Below, piece by piece: positions 1 through 8,499 of a stretch of DNA of 64,000 nt. Each line of letters begins with the position of its first letter. Position 1 is the first letter of the stretch. Where the stretch lies: contig JAFUAO010000100.1 in the NCBI GenBank assembly GCA_017460665.1, positions 575 to 64,574 on the forward strand, given 5' to 3'. A program made the position numbers and the translations under genes. The notes under the pieces are model-generated. The model saw only the letters and a list, made by a program, of their open reading frames with translations. It made no database searches and was not told where the DNA came from. Source of the stretch: Ruminococcus sp. (lineage in GTDB: Bacteria; Bacillota; Clostridia; Oscillospirales; Ruminococcaceae).

Positions 1-1
1 G

Positions 2-1099
2 AGTAAACGAGTTAAACCACAATTTGGTGATCTTGTTTTTTCGTATGAAGCCACACTTGGCAGATACGCCTTAATTCCTGAAGGATTTTATGGCTGCTTA
101 GGAAGAAGATTAGCCTTATTAAGAGCCAAAACAGACCGTTTCAACATAAAATGGCTTTATTACTACTTTCTTTCTCCTGAGTGGACAGCGTATATCATCA
201 ACCATACAGTTAAGGGAAGTACTGTAAATAGAATATCAGTTGAGGATTTTCCTGATTTTGAAATTCCAGACACTGATAGACTTGTTCAGGATAGTATTGT
301 GGATGTGTTATCTACTATTGATGCTAAGGTTGATTTGAATAAAGCTGTAAACGATAATTTACAGCACCAACTCAAGCTGATGTACGACTATTGGTTCACT
401 CAGTTTGATTTCCCTGATGAGAACGGCAAGCCGTATCGTGCTTCTGGCGGTGCTATGGTGTGGAATGAGCAGTTGAAGCGTGAAATACCGCTATATTGGA
501 GCATAGGCACTGTTAGCGATTGTGTAGAGAAAATATCAACCGGCTTAAATCCACGAGATAATTTCGTACTCGGCAATGGTAGCATAAGATACATAACTGT
601 AAAAAACCTTACAACAACAGGTAGTTTGGATTTTTCAGGGTGTGACATGATAGATGAAGAAGCAAGAGCTATTGTCCACAGAAGATCGGATATAAGTGTA
701 GGAGACATTCTTTTTGCAAGTATAGCACCTTTAGGAAGGTGTTACCTTATTCAGCAAGATCCTGTTGATTGGGATATAAATGAATCTGTCTTTTCTATTA
801 GAAGCAAAACTGATACTGTTACTCCTGAATTTATGTATCTATACTTTCAGAGTGACAGCTTTATTCAAAAGGCTACAAACACATCAACGGGCAGTATATT
901 CAAAGGTATTCGCATAAATACTTTACTTGATACTGCGTTGATAGTTCCTGAATTGCAAGTGTGCAAGAGCTTCACAGATGCAGTAAAGCCGTTATTAGCT
1001 GAAATAAATAACAATTCTTCCGAAACTGCAAAACTAACAGCTCTCCGAGACTGGCTTCTGCCAATGCTGATGAACGGTCAAGCTACCATATCCGATTGA
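2..1099 (+). CDS. hsdS: Type I restriction-modification specificity subunit (5' truncated by window edge)
   Basis: Frame of ORF 299..1099 is open back to position 2 (SKRVKPQFGDLVFSYEATLG...); two TRD-like regions, central YWFTQFDFPDENGKPY...REIP spacer and C-terminal LTALRDWLLPMLMNGQ typical of HsdS. Confidence 0.93.
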   Translation, partial: SKRVKPQFGDLVFSYEATLGRYALIPEGFYGCLGRRLALLRAKTDRFNIKWLYYYFLSPEWTAYIINHTVKGSTVNRISVEDFPDFEIPDTDRLVQDSIVDVLSTIDAKVDLNKAVNDNLQHQLKLMYDYWFTQFDFPDENGKPYRASGGAMVWNEQLKREIPLYWSIGTVSDCVEKISTGLNPRDNFVLGNGSIRYITVKNLTTTGSLDFSGCDMIDEEARAIVHRRSDISVGDILFASIAPLGRCYLIQQDPVDWDINESVFSIRSKTDTVTPEFMYLYFQSDSFIQKATNTSTGSIFKGIRINTLLDTALIVPELQVCKSFTDAVKPLLAEINNNSSETAKLTALRDWLLPMLMNGQATISD

Positions 1100-1179
1100 T
1101 ACGATAAATTATCGTTTTTTGTATGATTCCCTTTATGAATATACTAAATCGTTATCACAATTTTTATGAGGAGAAAGAT

Positions 1180-3270
1180 ATGAATATTGATGATCCATAT
1201 TTTTATTATGTCGTTGTATTCCATTTAGAAGGCAGTACTACGCAAGAACCTATTATTCACGAACGTTTACCAAAAGAAAATATGCATCTATTAGATACTT
1301 CGGTAAGTGATATATTACCAGCAATTGAATTCATAATGCATCTTCCACGTCATATTTATGATTATTATGATTTGGATGAAGAATTTATAAATTCCCAATA
1401 TGACACACCTCATATGATTTATCTACTCCCAGATAGTGCCTTGCGTGACTTCTTTACCATGTTTCCAGTGCATCCTCATATTATCATAGTATCAGATTTT
1501 TGTTCACAAGAAACAATATCGTTCGCTGCAAGGTTAGAGCCGCTCATCTCTCCGATTCGTATGAAAAAGCTATACGATAAAACACTGAGGTATTATTGGA
1601 CAGTTCTACAACCGAATAATACTGATGGTTATGAACTACTGAATAATTTGGATTATCATTTTTTATTAAAGGATCAGCAGTTAATCGCATTGTCTGGTCT
1701 TTTTCAAAGCAGACAATTTGATGATGTCAGCTTTTATTTGCAGGAAGTCTTTAATTCACAAAATATCGAATCAGTTATTTTCAAAAAACAATGGGAGTAT
1801 ATGTGTAGAGTAAACGCTTATCTATATATGAAAAGAAATTATTCCATGAGTGATTATGATAATGCTTCAAAATTTCAAAAATTGTATTTAGAATCATGTG
1901 AACACGTAAAGTATACGACTGATTTAAGCTTAATAATTACAATGCCAGGTGTACCGAAAGAACAAATCAAATATGGGATATCTGCATCGTACGTAACAAG
2001 AGATGAATTAAGAGCTATTCGTATTATTGGCGTTCATAAAGCCGTTTCAAGGAAAGGCGTTCTTATTGAATTAGAGCGAGTTTCCATTGAAACTTTTTCT
2101 CTCTTATCTAACATTGAGAAAGAATGCATAGATGGAACGAACAATAAACATATTTGGCAGTCATTAAAAAAGTTAGGTAAACAGCTTGGCTCTGCTTTTT
2201 CAAATGAACAAATCGAATACATTAAAAGAGCGAAGGACATTACGGTATTCTCCGACTTCCCAATAGGATTAGCTATATTAGGCGAAGATGAGTTGCCGCT
2301 ACATTGTTATAAAGCTATTTCATATCGTCCTCTTTCTCCCTTGACACGGCAACTTCAAATAGAACTAAAGAAAACATCAGAATACTACCTCGGAAAAGGT
2401 AAAAGAATAAAAATATTATTTGCTGAATGCATTAAAGATGATGTAGAAAACAATCTCATCTTTAAGTATTCTGAGACTGTTTTTGATGCAATCAAAAACA
2501 TTATCAATAATGATGATTTTCAGATTATATATCGCAGAACCAACAATATAGATAATATGCTTGATTTTATAGAATGTAATACCGATGCAGATATATTATA
2601 TATTTCGGCACACGGCCATTACAATAAACATAGAAATTGCGCTGGAATCATGGTCGGAGATGAATTTTGGATGGCTGATCAAAATATACGGGTGCCGCCA
2701 CTTGTTATACTAAGTGCTTGCCATACAAGTCCGAGAGGGATAGGTGCAGTAAACATAGCAGATTTGTTTGTTAGAAATGGTGCTATTGCTGTTTTAAGCA
2801 CTTTTATTCCTGTTAACGCTCAAAGAAATATGATAATAATGACACGATTATTTACTTATATTTCCGAAGCACAAAAAGGCTCTGATCAATATAAAACTTT
2901 ATCGGATTTATGGAATGGGATAGTAATTACCAATGCACTTCATGAAATTCTAAGTGAATCAAAAAGACTAAAAACATGGATGCACCAAATTGGTAAGAAT
3001 GGTATTCCACGAACGGTTGATTTTCAATTAAACAGATCAGTTGGTAGATTACGAAATACTCACTCCTATAGTGATACAATAATAATTATCAAAGAAATGC
3101 TAAAGGAAGAAGGACTTGAGGGGAAATATTCAAATATTCTTGATCAATTTGATTGTTTCCCTGAATCATTTTTTTATCAGTTTATTGGTAGTCCAGAAAA
3201 TATATTCTTATATAATGATACTTTTCGAGAAGCAATTGAACTTGGCTTACCATTCAACGATATAAAATAA
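1180..3270 (+). CDS. CHAT-domain (caspase HetF-associated) protease with long uncharacterised N-terminus
   Basis: ILYISAHG and LVILSACH motifs give the His/Cys caspase-like dyad; ATG 1180 follows GAGGAG (ORF track start 1123). Confidence 0.8.
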   Translation: MNIDDPYFYYVVVFHLEGSTTQEPIIHERLPKENMHLLDTSVSDILPAIEFIMHLPRHIYDYYDLDEEFINSQYDTPHMIYLLPDSALRDFFTMFPVHPHIIIVSDFCSQETISFAARLEPLISPIRMKKLYDKTLRYYWTVLQPNNTDGYELLNNLDYHFLLKDQQLIALSGLFQSRQFDDVSFYLQEVFNSQNIESVIFKKQWEYMCRVNAYLYMKRNYSMSDYDNASKFQKLYLESCEHVKYTTDLSLIITMPGVPKEQIKYGISASYVTRDELRAIRIIGVHKAVSRKGVLIELERVSIETFSLLSNIEKECIDGTNNKHIWQSLKKLGKQLGSAFSNEQIEYIKRAKDITVFSDFPIGLAILGEDELPLHCYKAISYRPLSPLTRQLQIELKKTSEYYLGKGKRIKILFAECIKDDVENNLIFKYSETVFDAIKNIINNDDFQIIYRRTNNIDNMLDFIECNTDADILYISAHGHYNKHRNCAGIMVGDEFWMADQNIRVPPLVILSACHTSPRGIGAVNIADLFVRNGAIAVLSTFIPVNAQRNMIIMTRLFTYISEAQKGSDQYKTLSDLWNGIVITNALHEILSESKRLKTWMHQIGKNGIPRTVDFQLNRSVGRLRNTHSYSDTIIIIKEMLKEEGLEGKYSNILDQFDCFPESFFYQFIGSPENIFLYNDTFREAIELGLPFNDIK

Positions 3271-3315
3271 GTATTTGTTCCTTTTGATAGTGTCAGATAA
3301 AAGAGGTGAATTTTT

Positions 3316-3825
3316 ATGGCAAGGGTATTTGGTCAAGATACAGAAGAAAACCGTAAAGAGCGAAAATCATATCAAGTTTTATTTGGACTTATGAATACAG
3401 ATATTTGGTCATTTCTCGGAAGAGATAACCATGATCATGGCGTTGATTATTCTTTTGAATACATTGAAAATGGTGAATTCAGAGGGTACAGAATTCTTGC
3501 ACAAATAAAAGGAAGCAAGGTCACCAAGATTAGTAACAATGAAGTCGTTTTCGACTTGCCAGTGAAAACAGCGAATTACGCAGTTGGGAGTTCGCAGCCT
3601 TTTATACTGTTTTTTGTGAATTTGCTAACCGAGTGCGCATATTATCTTCCGCTACAGGATTATTTTATCGCTAATCCAGATAAGATGGACGCATTGGAGA
3701 AAAACACAAGCACAATTCGAGTTTTCATTCCATTGAATAATACTATAGAAGATCCGGAGCTGGTTGCTGTTGCCAAATCACAGTATTCATTTGATGAAGA
3801 ACACGGACTGAGAAAAACACGGTAA
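3316..3825 (+). CDS. DUF4365-family protein, PD-(D/E)xK nuclease-like fold
   Basis: DHGVDY...LAQIKG pattern (D-x-G-h-D ... Q-h-K) typical of DUF4365; GAGGTG RBS; 45 bp downstream of CHAT gene. Confidence 0.72.
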   Translation: MARVFGQDTEENRKERKSYQVLFGLMNTDIWSFLGRDNHDHGVDYSFEYIENGEFRGYRILAQIKGSKVTKISNNEVVFDLPVKTANYAVGSSQPFILFFVNLLTECAYYLPLQDYFIANPDKMDALEKNTSTIRVFIPLNNTIEDPELVAVAKSQYSFDEEHGLRKTR

Positions 3826-3943
3826 TTTCTTCTGTTTTCTTTTTTCCTTTTAAACATGTATGAGCGACATATACATTACATAGTTCTATCAATAACCTCA
3901 AATCAAACTATGATTGCAGGTAAAAAATTGTATATGCCAGCTT

Positions 3944-4239
3944 AAAAGTGTACCAAAAACCAGTAAAACGCTGACGAAAAAGTGTACCAGAAAATAGCTT
4001 GGTTTAAGGAGGACCGCCACCCTTGACAGAACCTGAAAGAAATGCTTTACAGTCGGTGCCGACGGTGACGAACTCAAGAACAGCTACAAAGTATTCCTGT
4101 CAGATAGCCGATTATAGCATTTCTTTCAGAACCTGTCAAGGGCAAGCCGCCTTACGGCGGTGGCTGGTTTTGCCTCCGGTTCGGAATCTAAGAACAGCTA
4201 TCTGGTACACTGTCTGATTAGCGTTTGTGGTACACTTTT
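3944..4239. repeat. Nested inverted-repeat element with AAAAGTGTACCA boxes and a 27-bp imperfect inverted repeat
   Basis: AAAAGTGTACCA at 3944 and 3978; inverted TGGTACACT at 4203 and TGGTACACTTTT at 4228; CCCTTGACAG-aacc-TGAAAGAAATGCT (4020-4046) versus its inverse at 4116-4142. Confidence 0.8.
4111..4139 (-). promoter_or_regulatory. Consensus sigma70/sigmaA promoter firing leftward
   Basis: Minus strand TTGACA (4139-4134), 17-bp spacer, TGC-TATAAT (4116-4111). Confidence 0.6.
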
Positions 4240-4285
4240 GAATCAGCATTCACAAAAATCAAAGTTAACATAATAATAAATATCA

Positions 4286-5010
4286 CACCGGCAAAGCCGG
4301 TGGTTTTATAACAGCCCTAAAAGGGCACTTTACCAGCCGCCCCTTAAGGGGCACGTTGGAAGCTAAAGCTACCTACCGCATTTATAGTTACTTTTACTTC
4401 TTCAGGTCTTTAAAAGGATCCATGTATTCCTTAAATGATATTTGGTCATACATCATATCTTCCTTTTCCTGTTCACGGATATATTTTGCTATTCCATTCT
4501 TATTTCCGCCAACAGTGCTAACATAATATCCTCTGCACCAAAAATGCCGGTTTCCGTACTTGTATTTCAGGTTGGAGTATCGTTCAAATATTATCATTGT
4601 ACTCTTGCCTTTCAAGTATCCCATAAAATCGCTTATTCGCTGATTTGGCGGTATTTCTACAAGCATATGTATATGGTCTGGCATTGCGTTTGCTTCTATT
4701 ATGTTTACGTGTTTTCTTTCGCACAGTTCTCGTAATATCGCTCCTATATCTTTTTTTAGCTTCCCATATATCACTTTTCTCCTGTACTTTGGTGCAAATA
4801 CTATATGGTATTGACATTTCCAGCTTGTATGTGATAAACTATATGTATCATTAGATTTATTTTCCATTCTAATGTCCTCCTTGATTCTTTGTAATGCGGT
4901 TGGTAGCCTATTACTATTGTACATCAAGGAGGTTTTCTTGTCTATTGCTTCTCGCCGTTTATTCTTTTACTAAAGTTTATACATTCCACCTGCACAGCAG
5001 GTGGTTTTTT
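4286..5010 (-). mobile_element. IS200/IS605-family element, tnpA only (IS200 type)
   Basis: Y1 transposase flanked by related hairpins CACCGGC-aaa-GCCGGTG (4286-4302) and CCACCTGC-aca-GCAGGTGG (4986-5004); exact ends approximate. Confidence 0.85.
4394..4867 (-). CDS. tnpA: IS200/IS605 Y1 (HUH) transposase
   Basis: YHIVFAPKYRR, DHIHML (HUH), FWCRGYY, catalytic Tyr in IAKYIREQ; ATG 4867 with GGAGG RBS. Confidence 0.95.
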   Translation of the reverse strand: MENKSNDTYSLSHTSWKCQYHIVFAPKYRRKVIYGKLKKDIGAILRELCERKHVNIIEANAMPDHIHMLVEIPPNQRISDFMGYLKGKSTMIIFERYSNLKYKYGNRHFWCRGYYVSTVGGNKNGIAKYIREQEKEDMMYDQISFKEYMDPFKDLKK

Positions 5011-5019
5011 TATCGAGAT

Positions 5020-5055
5020 AAAAAAAGCGGTCAGCCTGTGTAGGTTGACCGCTTT
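5020..5055 (-). terminator. Intrinsic terminator of the leftward XRE...DUF4274 operon
   Basis: AAAGCGGTCAGCCT-gtgt-AGGTTGACCGCTTT stem with an A-run on its left (U-tract on minus strand). Confidence 0.75.
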
Positions 5056-5061
5056 ACTATT

Positions 5062-5502
5062 TTATATGTCGATATCATAATTCTTGCCATCGATGGCTGT
5101 AATCAGTACTTCCTCGTTTTTATTAATCTGTTTCTTCAACTTAAATAATTGAACTTTAGTCAACGGAGGCACAAAAGCTACATCGGAAGGTTTATAATCG
5201 CCGTTTATAATGCGAGTGTAGACATCGGATACAAATGTATGCCAAGGTAACAGATCAGTATCTGCTTCTTTATCCAATATAAATGAATAGCCGTCGGCAC
5301 GATAAAACACAAGAAGCGCAGTGCTTAATGAGCAACAAGGATTATTTATGATTACTGCCGGAATATCAAATCCATTACCCCAAGTGTAATTATATGCAAA
5401 AACATACCATTCATCATCATCACACTCGGCAAGAAAAGCTTTTACTTTCTCCTCGTCTACTTCGTAAATCATATCTAATAAAAGTTCTTTTCTCATATCC
5501 AC
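5062..5502 (-). CDS. DUF4274-domain protein (possible immunity protein)
   Basis: FAYNYTWGNGFDIPAVIINNPCCSLSTALLVFYRADG matches my recollection of the DUF4274 pattern. Confidence 0.7.
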   Translation of the reverse strand: MDMRKELLLDMIYEVDEEKVKAFLAECDDDEWYVFAYNYTWGNGFDIPAVIINNPCCSLSTALLVFYRADGYSFILDKEADTDLLPWHTFVSDVYTRIINGDYKPSDVAFVPPLTKVQLFKLKKQINKNEEVLITAIDGKNYDIDI

Positions 5503-5541
5503 CCGCTCTTTACTTCAGTTTGACTAAGTATATGACTATTA

Positions 5542-5850
5542 TTATGCAAAACTTGTAGGCTTGATAGGATTTTCCATTCTCTTACCGTTAGGGAGCTTAT
5601 AGTCAAGGATAGTCACTTCCCCAGTTTTCCTGTTCACAGATACCCTTGCGAAAACTTTCCACTTATAATCATTTTCGTCCATATCATCAATATCATCGAA
5701 ACCGATAAAATACTCATATTCAACATCATCATATTTATCATCAGGATATGAATGACACGAACCTTCAAAATGCTCTCGGAAATAATCCCTGCCCATTAAA
5801 TCTGCAATTGCAAGCCAAGCGTCTACCTTTGCCTGTTCCTTAGTCAGCAT
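5542..5850 (-). CDS. Small acidic hypothetical protein (candidate immunity protein)
   Basis: 102 aa, D/E-rich, start overlaps the stop of upstream ORF by 1 bp with GGAGGT RBS. Confidence 0.7.
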   Translation of the reverse strand: MLTKEQAKVDAWLAIADLMGRDYFREHFEGSCHSYPDDKYDDVEYEYFIGFDDIDDMDENDYKWKVFARVSVNRKTGEVTILDYKLPNGKRMENPIKPTSFA

Positions 5851-6485
5851 TATTTACCACCTCCAAAAAGTTCCATTAATGCTCTTCTGCGAGCATCATC
5901 AAGCGTACTTGATACTGTTCCTGTTTCAATTACGCCATGCTCATCAAAAAGTGTAGTTCTTCCGTTAGGCGTTACTATTGAGCTTTCACGCTGTCCTGTT
6001 GTCTGTCTAAGTTTGCGCATCATTAAGCGGTCAGACTTCGAGGGGACACAATCGTCATTATGAGGGTGACTATGGAAATCCAGCGTTCCAGAATGCATTT
6101 TCATTTCATCAAGCAGTTCGTTTGGAATCACTGTACCACCTTTATCACCACGAATGAGATAGGTTTTTCCACCAATTGTCACACGGGCAAATTCAACGCC
6201 AGTTTCTTTTGACATAATACTTACATCTGATATACTAAACTCACCAATTGATCCGGTAATAGAATCGCCCTTGTTTTGTAACTGTGATAGCTTTTCTTTT
6301 ATGTGTTCAGGTATATCTACACCTCGTTCAGAATAACTCTCAATATCGTTTGAGTCATTAAGATATGTGCTGTTTATTGCCGCTTCATTTTCCTTAGCCT
6401 TAGCTGCTAATTCATCATTATCAAGCGTAAGCTGGGGAGAACCGCTTGTGCCGCTTGCAAGTCCGGACTTTGCACCGTCAGCCAT
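5850..6485 (-). CDS. Protein with C-terminal JAB/MPN-like metallo-motif (candidate toxin)
   Basis: VEF...FHSHPHNDDCVPSKSD (E...HxH...S-x2-D); low-complexity G/S-rich N-terminus; overlaps DUF4417 gene end by 8 bp. Confidence 0.65.
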   Translation of the reverse strand: MADGAKSGLASGTSGSPQLTLDNDELAAKAKENEAAINSTYLNDSNDIESYSERGVDIPEHIKEKLSQLQNKGDSITGSIGEFSISDVSIMSKETGVEFARVTIGGKTYLIRGDKGGTVIPNELLDEMKMHSGTLDFHSHPHNDDCVPSKSDRLMMRKLRQTTGQRESSIVTPNGRTTLFDEHGVIETGTVSSTLDDARRRALMELFGGGK

Positions 6486-7353
6486 TTCTGCTCACCGCCT
6501 TTCGGTTAGCAGTGTTACGGGCTTTGAGTGTATTGTCGGGAATAACGATCTCAATCCCCTTACTGATAGCATATGCAAAGCATTCCATGACCCTATCGTT
6601 AGTTCCGCAAGAATCATAAACAACAATAGCTTTGAGTTTGAGATGATCGACTGTAAAGCGTATCTTCCAGAGAAGTCGCTCATATTCAACCTTATCCTGC
6701 AAGTGTGACTTGGTGCTCATAGCTACGACCGAGCATTCTTCATATCCGTCAAGAGCATAAGCGGCACTTCTTTCGGTAGGGAAAGAAATATTAGGTATCA
6801 CCACAGCTCCAATCTCAACGATAAACCATATAGCCACAACACGGGCTTTGAAAAGCCTGTATTCGTTCTCTATAACATGAATATCGCCAAATTCCGAATA
6901 ATCAGGAGATATAAAGAACTTTACGCCCTCAAACCGCTTTTTGAAATAAGCAAGCCTTGCAGTATCATCGTGGTATATAGCTTCGTATAAGCCACGTTTA
7001 CCGTCAAAGACAGAATCAAACTGATAAAAGCAGACACCTGTCCTGTCAGTCTTATGATAAAGCCCCGGCTCAGAGTAAAGTGCGAGGAAATCGGGATACA
7101 CCTCGGTCTTACAATAAAGCGCAGGGAGATCCTTTTCGCCGCAGCTATGCGTCTTGTTAGTATAATTGAGAAAGCTGAAATTCAACAGTTTGCTCAATGT
7201 TTGTCTTGATTTCAATACAAAACTCTCCTTTCTCCTGTCAACAGGAAAACAGATGATAAATTCGTATAATCTGCCGCTTGACAAAGGAGAGGGAGTTGTG
7301 ATATAATAAACTTGTCTAAGGTTACGATCATATCGTAACTCCCCGAAACGCAT
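6478..7353 (-). CDS. DUF4417-domain protein
   Basis: FYQFD...FFISPDYSEFGD...VVIPNISF...VVAMSTK follows the DUF4417 motif order; true start may be downstream of 7353. Confidence 0.75.
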   Translation of the reverse strand: MRFGELRYDRNLRQVYYITTPSPLSSGRLYEFIICFPVDRRKESFVLKSRQTLSKLLNFSFLNYTNKTHSCGEKDLPALYCKTEVYPDFLALYSEPGLYHKTDRTGVCFYQFDSVFDGKRGLYEAIYHDDTARLAYFKKRFEGVKFFISPDYSEFGDIHVIENEYRLFKARVVAIWFIVEIGAVVIPNISFPTERSAAYALDGYEECSVVAMSTKSHLQDKVEYERLLWKIRFTVDHLKLKAIVVYDSCGTNDRVMECFAYAISKGIEIVIPDNTLKARNTANRKAVSRNG

Positions 7354-7444
7354 TGACTTGTTGTTACCAGCAACTTGTCAGTGCGTTTTTCCTTTGTCTT
7401 GATCGTAGTCCATTGGGATCACCATACCTTTCAATACAATACTA

Positions 7445-7987
7445 TCATTTTTTATTCTTATCTTGCTTTACCCTATACTTTGCAGATGCTTCTGTTACAG
7501 GGTATTTCTCCATAATTGCTTTGGCTTTCATACCAACAGTAGCATCATATGGAATGGTCAACTCTCCGCAAAGTGCCTTTGCCTGCCATTCGACACTGCA
7601 ATATGCAGGGATTTCTTCATCCTTTGCGAGAGTACGGGTTGAAACAGGCGTATAACCAAGATAGAACAGTATCACATGACATATTTCATGACATATGAAG
7701 CACAGAAAAGCTCTGTTGCCGTGATAGCAAGCACCATCATAGACTGTCTGTTTGATCTCAATCATGAATCCGCCTTCAGGCTTAGGATAACACCAGGCAA
7801 ATACATCAGCAGGCAGTTTATCATCTTCAAGCACAGAATACTCTGTACCTTCAAATATAATACAAGTCCGTTCGAGGATTTCAAGAACTGGGAACGGTTC
7901 GGATTCGTTCAACCCAAAAATCTTTCTAACATATTTACTTATCTGCCTGATAGCAATTCTGCTGAGGGGTTTGGTCATATAATCCAT
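7445..7987 (-). CDS. ImmA/IrrE-family metallo-endopeptidase (Peptidase_M78)
   Basis: ICHEICH (HExxH) plus VEWQAKALCGELTIP; translationally coupled to XRE gene. Confidence 0.88.
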   Translation of the reverse strand: MDYMTKPLSRIAIRQISKYVRKIFGLNESEPFPVLEILERTCIIFEGTEYSVLEDDKLPADVFAWCYPKPEGGFMIEIKQTVYDGACYHGNRAFLCFICHEICHVILFYLGYTPVSTRTLAKDEEIPAYCSVEWQAKALCGELTIPYDATVGMKAKAIMEKYPVTEASAKYRVKQDKNKK

Positions 7988-8352
7988 TAGTTATTACCAC
8001 TCCTTTTCAGCAATTCCATGATCTTTTCGGCTGTATCCTCGTCAATTCCATCAAATGAGCGGGCAAATTGTAACGCCACCTCTCTTTGATAGTTTGCTGA
8101 CTTGGACAGTGTGATCTTAACTTGGTTTTTTGAATTTTCAGCCGCTGTCTTCATATCTGCGATTTCATCATCAGAAAGGGCATAATGCTCAGCAATGATG
8201 TCAAACCATTCATCGGGGACATTTTTTCGTCCGTTTTCAACCGCTGATAAAAAAGGAGTAGAGACACCGAGCAGTTTAGCAACATCGCCCATGACCTCAT
8301 GATGCTGAACACGAAGGACTCTCATGAACTCGCCAAATTTAGTATATGTCAT
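7987..8352 (-). CDS. XRE-family HTH transcriptional regulator
   Basis: MGDVAKLLGVSTPFLSAVENGRKNVP HTH_3 pattern; ATG 8352 with AGGAGG RBS. Confidence 0.88.
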   Translation of the reverse strand: MTYTKFGEFMRVLRVQHHEVMGDVAKLLGVSTPFLSAVENGRKNVPDEWFDIIAEHYALSDDEIADMKTAAENSKNQVKITLSKSANYQREVALQFARSFDGIDEDTAEKIMELLKRSGNN

Positions 8353-8375
8353 CTTGATACACCTCCTTACCAAAT

Positions 8376-8404
8376 ATCATATCACAAAGTTACACGTTTG
8401 TCAA
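8376..8404 (-). promoter_or_regulatory. sigmaA-type promoter of the XRE-ImmA operon
   Basis: Minus strand TTGACA (8404-8399), 17 bp, TATGAT (8381-8376). Confidence 0.6.
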
Positions 8405-8499
8405 GTACTAATTTTAATCTTTTTTAGGTTAACACCAATATCATTATGATGGGTATGCTCAAAATAATGATTGAGCATACCCACTAATACTATATCAGA

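Noticed and set aside
1-1180. Phase-variable hsdS shufflon
   Set aside because: No second hsdS fragment, inverted repeats or recombinase is visible in the window.
4260-4400. tnpB / OMEGA system associated with IS200
   Set aside because: The element ends about 110 bp after tnpA; there is no RuvC ORF.
7353-7990. Plus-strand ORFs 7353..7655 and 7676..7990
   Set aside because: They are antisense to the ImmA/IrrE gene, which has clear motifs.
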